From assembly GCF_002287175.1 (NCBI RefSeq), contig NZ_LMVM01000023.1, forward strand, positions 149,921-181,920: a DNA stretch of 32,000 nt. The letters run 5' to 3'. Origin of the DNA: Methanobacterium bryantii (lineage in GTDB: Archaea > Methanobacteriota > Methanobacteria > Methanobacteriales > Methanobacteriaceae). A model generated the notes under the pieces. It worked only from the letters and a program-made list of their open reading frames with translations. It did not search any database and had not been told where the DNA came from. Of the stretch, positions 26,805-32,000 are shown piece by piece. The position numbers and the translations under genes were made by a program. Each line of letters starts with the position of its first letter. Positions within the stretch are counted from its first letter, which is position 1.

Positions 26805-28313
26805 TTGGGCATTGGAGGCGTTATAATTAAGAAAAAACTGCCTTTTGCAGTTCTACTAATACTTGGCTTATTCCTGGCAAGTATAGCTGGCGCGAGCGCG
26901 GCAGATGTAGGCACTGCACAATCACAGGCTGTTAATAACAGCACTGTGCAAGAAAATGCTGGAATACACACAAATGATACATACAATGAAAACGAATCGG
27001 TTGCAACGCAAAATTCAACCGATGAAAATATAACGGAGGGTACGAGTACTGCAACCTCAAATACCAGTACCAATCAAACCACCGTTAAAACAGAACCCGT
27101 TGCACAAGATATAGCAAATACAAGTGCTGATCAAACTGCAACAACTCTCACAGTGACTTCAACAAACTCCACCAGCAAAAATTCAACAGTTTCAGAAACT
27201 AACACAAAAAACGCAGTTTCAACTGCATTAAACAACAGTCAAAATTCAACAAGCACAAAAACTAACACATGGAATAATACAACCAGTACTCAAACTCAAA
27301 GTACTGGGTATGATACTATCAAAAATAATGATAGTTATCAAAAAGCAGCTGCAGGAGAAACGAAAGTTACCTCCAAAAGCTTTACTGCAAAGCAAATCAA
27401 TAATGCAGCGGCAAAAGTTAAGGCATACGTTGAAACCAACCACAGACTTCCAAACTATGTGACAATTGGTACAATCCAAGTGCAAATGTCTGATTTCCTG
27501 AAACTATTAACTGCAAATATACTGCAGTTATACAATAAGAAAACAAGTTCAATAACACTAAAAAGTATAAACAGTGCAGCAAAACCTAGCGAAAGTGTTA
27601 AAAGCGGTACTATGACCAAATCATGTTATTTAGACCTTGCTAAAAGAGTGAATGTATTTATAAATACAAATGGTGCTTTACCAAATTATGCAACAAGCAG
27701 TCTTGGCAAACTGAATTATAAATCATTAATTTACACGTTTTCCAAGGTACTTGCCTTCTACAATACAAATAGTAGATTGCCAAATTACGTTACTGTTAAA
27801 CCATGGAGTAAAGTTGGAACTTCAGATACATCAAATTCATCAACACCAGTACCTGCATCATTACAGCAGTATCTTAAATCTACTACAAACTGTCAGGTAA
27901 ACAACGCACAAATTCAAGCACTGGCAAAATCAATAACAAGCGGTAAATCATCCACATATGCTAAAGCAGCAGCAATATTTAACTGGGTACGAGATAACAT
28001 AGGCTATTCATTCTACTACAATACCAAATATGGCGCAGTTGGAACATTATCTTCAAAAACAGCCAATTGTGTCGATACATCCCACTTGTTAATAGCACTT
28101 GAAAGGGCCGCAGGAATTCCTGCACGATACGAGCATGTTTATGCTAAATTCTCAAGTGGCACATGGTATGGGCATGTTATTGCTCAGGTTTGGGTTAATG
28201 GTAAATGGTACTATGCAGATGCAAGTAGCTCCAGAAATACATTTGGTGTTATAAATAACTGGAATACAACAACAGCAACAGTATACGGTACATATACATC
28301 CATATCTTTCTAA
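26805..28313 (+). CDS. Secreted pseudomurein-binding-repeat protein with a C-terminal transglutaminase-like (Cys-His-Asp) domain, copy 1
   Basis: The signal peptide is KKKLPFAVLLILGLFLASIAGASA. A long S/T/N-rich linker follows. There are three repeats of the type [42 protein letters not shown] and FYNTNSRLPNYVTV. The core is NCVDTSH (Cys 28068-28070), GHVIAQV (His 28173-28175) and YADAS (Asp 28218-28220). Confidence 0.85.
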   Translation: MGIGGVIIKKKLPFAVLLILGLFLASIAGASAADVGTAQSQAVNNSTVQENAGIHTNDTYNENESVATQNSTDENITEGTSTATSNTSTNQTTVKTEPVAQDIANTSADQTATTLTVTSTNSTSKNSTVSETNTKNAVSTALNNSQNSTSTKTNTWNNTTSTQTQSTGYDTIKNNDSYQKAAAGETKVTSKSFTAKQINNAAAKVKAYVETNHRLPNYVTIGTIQVQMSDFLKLLTANILQLYNKKTSSITLKSINSAAKPSESVKSGTMTKSCYLDLAKRVNVFINTNGALPNYATSSLGKLNYKSLIYTFSKVLAFYNTNSRLPNYVTVKPWSKVGTSDTSNSSTPVPASLQQYLKSTTNCQVNNAQIQALAKSITSGKSSTYAKAAAIFNWVRDNIGYSFYYNTKYGAVGTLSSKTANCVDTSHLLIALERAAGIPARYEHVYAKFSSGTWYGHVIAQVWVNGKWYYADASSSRNTFGVINNWNTTTATVYGTYTSISF

Positions 28314-28325
28314 TAGAAAAATAAG

Positions 28326-28465
28326 ATGTTAAAACCGTTGCAGTAGGAGTAATGTGAATATAATGGCACTTTGTGCTGAAACCATATAAATTCCACTAGC
28401 AACTTGAGTGCCCATCTAGCAGCTGAAAATTGTTAATACATCAGACAACACTAAAATTGGATAAA
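28326..28465 (+). pseudogene. Remnant of a PepSY-protein gene, paralogue of 30786-31184
   Basis: The nucleotide sequence aligns by eye to the 5' third of 30786-31184. Examples: GTTGCAGTAGGAGTAATG vs GTTGCAGTAGTGGTAATG, GAAACCATATAAATTCCACTAGCAA vs GAAACCACATAAATTCCACCAGCAA, and CATCAGACAACAC vs CATCAGATAACAC. It stops after 6 codons (ATG TTA AAA CCG TTG CAG TAG) and the PepSY domain is missing. Confidence 0.55.
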
Positions 28466-28512
28466 CACTGGTAAATCGACATAAATGCTTTAACTAACAA
28501 AAAATGTTGGAG

Positions 28513-28789
28513 ACACTAAATTTAGTGTATTCCTCTCAAATCGGTTTAAACTGGAAAAATCTCAAAGAGATTTTATGCTCGAAAATTCCCTCAAAAACTG
28601 AAAGTTTTTGACGCGATAAACACTTGTATTTGTCAGCTATGAATTTTCCGCACCCTAGGAAACATAGTTTCCTGGGCCCCAAAATCATAGATTTTGAAGG
28701 CCCCAAACACGGCGTGTTTGAGGCCGAAGAATCTATTGATTCTCGGCCCCAGAAATTCACAGAATTTCTGAGGGGTCCTTTTTCTTTTT
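28513..28789. repeat. Array of about 9 consecutive short hairpins ending in a T tract
   Basis: Stems read directly from the sequence:
- 28513-28528 ACACTAAA/TTTAGTGT
- 28556-28574 AAAATCTC-aaa-GAGATTTT
- 28591-28611 TCAAAAACT-gaa-AGTTTTTGA
- 28615-28634 imperfect
- 28657-28673 AGGAAAC-ata-GTTTCCT
- 28680-28696 CAAAATC-ata-GATTTTG
- 28704-28720 CAAACAC-ggc-GTGTTTG
- 28724-28746 CCGA(A)GAATC-tatt-GATTCTCGG
- 28750-28770 CAGAAATTC-aca-GAATTTCTG
The array is followed by GGGGTCCTTTTTCTTTTT. Confidence 0.8.
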
Positions 28790-29293
28790 AGTCTTGAAAA
28801 ATTAGAATCCAAATAATCTCCTCTAATTTTTAATATATTTGTCTCGACATATTCACAGCATCTAAATTTTCAATTTTGTATTAATCTTGTTTGGGCCATG
28901 CCCTATTCCTGAAATTTTAGTATTAACAAATGAGGAATAATAATTAAACTATACAAAAAAAAGTTAATACGCAGCTTTTTTAGTAAATTTTTTAACATAA
29001 TACTTAATAATTAATTAATAAAAAGGAATAAAATTCTTAAAATTTCAAATAACTTCGTTTAACCCAAATAGAGTGCTAATAGAGTTTATTTAATGATTAC
29101 CCCAATTATGCCCAAAGTATAAAAGTAATGTACGTGCCTCTTTTTGCCAAATAATGTTTAAAATAAGGCAATTTGCTGAAAATAATAATTGAGAGAGTTC
29201 ATCCCAAAGATCTTATTTAAATAACTCCACAGCGTGTCCTAAATTGTAAAAAGAGCTCAATAAGCGCCTTTTTTGGGTATTAAAAACAAAAGA

Positions 29294-29300
29294 TTTATAA
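29294..29300 (+). promoter_or_regulatory. Candidate TATA box for the second PMBR/transglutaminase-like gene
   Basis: TTTATAA is conserved in position with 26681-26687 and lies about 60 nt upstream of the ORF start. Confidence 0.35.
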
Positions 29301-29359
29301 GGTATAGCACATTAACTACTCCATACCCATAGGAAAACTCTGATTGAGTTTTCCCATGA

Positions 29360-30757
29360 TTGGAAATCGGAGGCGGTATAATTACGAGGAAATTGCTTTT
29401 TGCAGTCCTATTAATATCCAGTCTATCTTTGACTGGTATAACTGGCGCAAGCGCGACAGATGTAGGCACTGCACAAACACAGGCTGTTAATAACAGCACT
29501 GTGCAAGAAAAAGCCAATATACAAATAAATAATACATGCAACACAAACAAATCGGTTGCAACGCAAAATTCAACCGACGCAAGTGTAAAAACAGTGCAGA
29601 ATACAAGTACTGCCATATCAAATGTCAGTACCAACCAAACCACCGTTAAAACACAAGCAGTAGCACAGAATACAGTAAGTACAAAGGATAATCAAACTGC
29701 AGTAACTTCAACAGCGACTTCAATAAATTCAACCAGCAAAAATTCAACAAATACAACCAGTACTCAAACACAAGAAGCAGCTGCAGGAGAAACAAAAGTA
29801 TCTAAAAACTTTACTGTAAGCCAAATCACAGATGCCGCAGCTAGGGTCAAAGCATACGTTGAAACCAATCACAGACTTCCAAACTATGTGACAATTGGTA
29901 CAACCCAGGTTGAAATGCCTGAGTTTTTAAAACTACTGACTGCAGGTTTACTACAGTTAAACAACGGAACAACAACATCAATAACACTTAAAGATATAAA
30001 CAGTGCAGCAAAACCTAGTGAAAGTGTTAAAAGTGGTAATATAAATAAAGCAGGTTATTTAGACCTTGCTAAAAGAGTGAATGCGTTTATAGATGCAAAT
30101 GGTGCTTTACCAAATTATGCAACAAGCAGTCTTGGTAAATTAAATTATCAATCTTTAATTTACACATTTTCCAAGATAATGGCTTTCTATAAAACGAACG
30201 AACGGTTACCAAGTTATGTTACAGTAAAATCATGGAGCACAGTTGGAACTTCAAGTACATCAACTTCAAATTCTTCAAACACATCTACATCGGTACCTGC
30301 ATCACTTCAGCAGTATCTTAAATCTACTACAAACTGTCAGGTAACCAATTCACAGATCCAAGCACTGGCAAAATCAATAACAAGCGGTAAAACTTCCACG
30401 TACGATAAAGCAGTGGCTATATTTAACTGGGTAAGAGATAACATAGGTTATTCCTTCTATTATAACACCAAATACGGTGCTGTAGGCACTTTAAGCAAAA
30501 AAACTGGAAACTGTGTTGATACAGCTCACCTTTTAATAGCACTTGAAAGGGCCGCAGGAATACCAGCACGATACGAACACGTTAAAGCTAAATTCACAAG
30601 CGGTAACTGGTACGGGCACGTTATTGCCCAAGTATACGTAAACGGCAAATGGTACAATGCAGACGCAACCAGTTCTAAAAACACGTTTGGTGTTATTAAA
30701 AACTGGAATACAGGAACAGCTACATACAAAGGTACATATGCTACATTGCCTTTCTAA
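29360..30757 (+). CDS. Secreted pseudomurein-binding-repeat protein with a C-terminal transglutaminase-like domain, copy 2
   Basis: The architecture matches 26805-28313: signal peptide [21 protein letters not shown], a shorter S/T/N linker, three ...LPNYVT/LPNYAT/LPSYVT repeats, then NCVDTAH, GHVIAQV and NADAT. Confidence 0.85.
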   Translation: MEIGGGIITRKLLFAVLLISSLSLTGITGASATDVGTAQTQAVNNSTVQEKANIQINNTCNTNKSVATQNSTDASVKTVQNTSTAISNVSTNQTTVKTQAVAQNTVSTKDNQTAVTSTATSINSTSKNSTNTTSTQTQEAAAGETKVSKNFTVSQITDAAARVKAYVETNHRLPNYVTIGTTQVEMPEFLKLLTAGLLQLNNGTTTSITLKDINSAAKPSESVKSGNINKAGYLDLAKRVNAFIDANGALPNYATSSLGKLNYQSLIYTFSKIMAFYKTNERLPSYVTVKSWSTVGTSSTSTSNSSNTSTSVPASLQQYLKSTTNCQVTNSQIQALAKSITSGKTSTYDKAVAIFNWVRDNIGYSFYYNTKYGAVGTLSKKTGNCVDTAHLLIALERAAGIPARYEHVKAKFTSGNWYGHVIAQVYVNGKWYNADATSSKNTFGVIKNWNTGTATYKGTYATLPF

Positions 30758-30785
30758 ATCTAGTTAAATAAAAAAATGAGGTTGA

Positions 30786-31184
30786 ATGATGATTAAAAAA
30801 TCAATAGTTGCAGTAGTGGTAATGCTGGCTGCAGCGGCACTGGTATTCGGTGCTTCTGGAAACCACATAAATTCCACCAGCAATTCTAATCAGGGACAAC
30901 AGTCATCTGTTACTGGCAGCAGTTCATCCAGTAACAATACATCAGATAGCGACAAAACATCAGATAACACAACTAAACCAAAGATAACTTCAGAAGAAGC
31001 CCAAAAATTAGCTCAAAAATACATTGACGTAGAAGGAGCAACCGCAGGAACACCTAAATTGATCAAAACTGATGGTCAATACATATACGTGGTTCCTGTT
31101 ATCGACAACGGAACAAATGTTGGTGAAATAGACATTAACGCTATAACTGGCAAAAACGTTGGAGGAGCAGGTGGAGCACCTTAA
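30786..31184 (+). CDS. Small secreted PepSY-domain-like protein
   Basis: The N-terminal hydrophobic segment is IVAVVVMLAAAALVFGA, followed by an S/N/T-rich linker. The C-terminal part is ITSEEAQKLAQKYIDVEG...YIYVVPVIDNGTNVGEIDINAITGK, typical of PepSY. A GAGGT sequence lies just upstream of the ATG. Confidence 0.7.
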   Translation: MMIKKSIVAVVVMLAAAALVFGASGNHINSTSNSNQGQQSSVTGSSSSSNNTSDSDKTSDNTTKPKITSEEAQKLAQKYIDVEGATAGTPKLIKTDGQYIYVVPVIDNGTNVGEIDINAITGKNVGGAGGAP

Positions 31185-31513
31185 GGTGTTTTCCCAAATT
31201 GATTACACTGAAAAGATCTCTTATGAGATCTTTTCCTATTTTTTTATTTTAAAATTGCCCAATTTATTATCTTCTTTAAAATTTATTATCACACTTTTAA
31301 GGCAGAAAAAGTCTGTAAAGTTTAAAAAAATAAAATAACTTGATAGTACATAATTTTAAATATTTGAGTTCATAGTTTATTACATAGTTATAAATAATTA
31401 AAGAAGTTAACATACCTAAACACGATAAAGCAGATAAAATATTTTATCTCAATTTTATAAATAACACATGGCGAAGTAATTAGATTTATTAAAACCACAA
31501 ATAAGTGATAAGA

Positions 31514-32000
31514 ATGATATGTGATAACTGCGGGGCAGAAATAGATAACAAAGAAACATACTGCCCTAACTGCGGAATGGAACTTCCAACTTCTAAATCC
31601 TCAAAAAAGAAAAGTAATAAAAATTCACAGCAGTTTGATAGTTTCCAATCAAAGAAAAAATATAGAAATTACCCTAAAGAAGAACATTTTGAGGGGAAAC
31701 GCTCAAGAAGAGAGACTGATCCATCTGATTTTGCATATGATATCCCTCACCCAAAGGCAGATTATACACGTTATAATGAAGAAGAAGATTACAAAAAAAA
31801 GCCTTTAAAAAGAAAATATTACGGAGGCCATTCAGCTTCTAAACGCAATGATTCGCCATATCAAAACGATATGGATTATGAAAGTTATTATGATTACGGA
31901 GAGGAAGAAGTTCCTGAAACAAAGAAATCCAGAATTAGTTTAGGTACAATATGCCTCTTCATGATCATGATACTTCTGCTTGGATTTGTTATAGGGTTGA
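31514..32000 (+). CDS. Zinc-ribbon protein with a charged low-complexity region and a C-terminal transmembrane helix; the 3' end lies outside the window
   Basis: Hand translation gives MICDNCGAEIDNKETYCPNCGMEL..., then a K/E/Y/D-rich stretch, then SLGTICLFMIMILLLGFVIGL. The frame is still open at base 32000. It is absent from the ORF track because there is no in-window stop. Confidence 0.6.
   Translation, partial: MICDNCGAEIDNKETYCPNCGMELPTSKSSKKKSNKNSQQFDSFQSKKKYRNYPKEEHFEGKRSRRETDPSDFAYDIPHPKADYTRYNEEEDYKKKPLKRKYYGGHSASKRNDSPYQNDMDYESYYDYGEEEVPETKKSRISLGTICLFMIMILLLGFVIGL

Noticed and set aside
26786-27073. Antisense ORFs (26786-27073 and 29257-29643, minus strand) that are similar to each other
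   Set aside because: Their similarity only reflects the duplication of the sense genes. They are antisense to the signal-peptide and linker regions and have a hydrophobic, low-complexity composition.
28536-28760. A 74-aa track ORF on the minus strand (…LGPRKLCFLGCGKF…)
   Set aside because: It is a read-through of the hairpin array. Its 'protein' consists of translated palindromes. It has no Shine-Dalgarno sequence and no recognisable domain.
28513-28789. Possible CRISPR array
   Set aside because: The units are about 20-26 nt long and each is a different self-complementary hairpin. There is no constant direct repeat alternating with unique spacers, and no cas genes are present in the window.
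1-32000. Search for prophage, integrase, transposase, toxin-antitoxin, restriction-modification or other defence modules, and for tRNA or rRNA genes
   Set aside because: I recognised no corresponding motifs in any ORF: no DDE or tyrosine recombinase signatures, and no nuclease/helicase defence combinations. I saw no GC-rich cloverleaf-sized islands other than the hairpin array. The PMBR/transglutaminase-like genes resemble prophage Pei enzymes in architecture, but they have signal peptides and no phage neighbours.

Overview
The window is AT-rich (roughly one-third GC by eye) and looks like chromosomal DNA from a pseudomurein-walled methanogen (Methanobacteriaceae, Methanobacterium-like). All family calls rest on motif recognition, because no database search was possible. 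Supporting genes are archaeal L40e, Tsr3, GGGP synthase, HypD, Mur-ligase homologues and proteins with pseudomurein-binding repeats.

Most of the window is ordinary housekeeping: uppS, DUF116, a SAM methyltransferase, an AAA+/VWA chelatase-like fusion, SRPBCC paralogues, DUF169, a HAD phosphatase, TldD/PmbA and a PflX-like radical SAM protein. I found no rRNA, tRNA, CRISPR array, transposase, integrase or recognisable defence system.

Four regions deserve a second look:
1. A minus-strand cell-wall operon at 13250-20454. It encodes an LCP protein, a nucleotidyltransferase, an uncharacterised exported 389-aa protein, a Mur ligase, and a 929-aa fusion of two Mur-ligase modules. Two of the three modules carry Cys4 inserts.
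2. A tandem duplication at 26449-31184. The unit is a conserved upstream segment, then a signal-peptide/pseudomurein-binding-repeat/transglutaminase-like protein, then a PepSY protein. The upstream segment includes a gap-free 191-nt stretch bounded by a TATA-like box and an oligo-T tract. The PepSY gene of the first copy has decayed.
3. A dispersed family of tandem short hairpins at 1162-1204, 2731-2935 and 28513-28789. The largest array sits exactly where the decayed PepSY paralogue breaks off.
4. Several decayed paralogues lying next to intact copies.

None of these is demonstrably a new system from sequence alone. The hairpin arrays and the exported protein in the Mur-ligase operon are the best leads.
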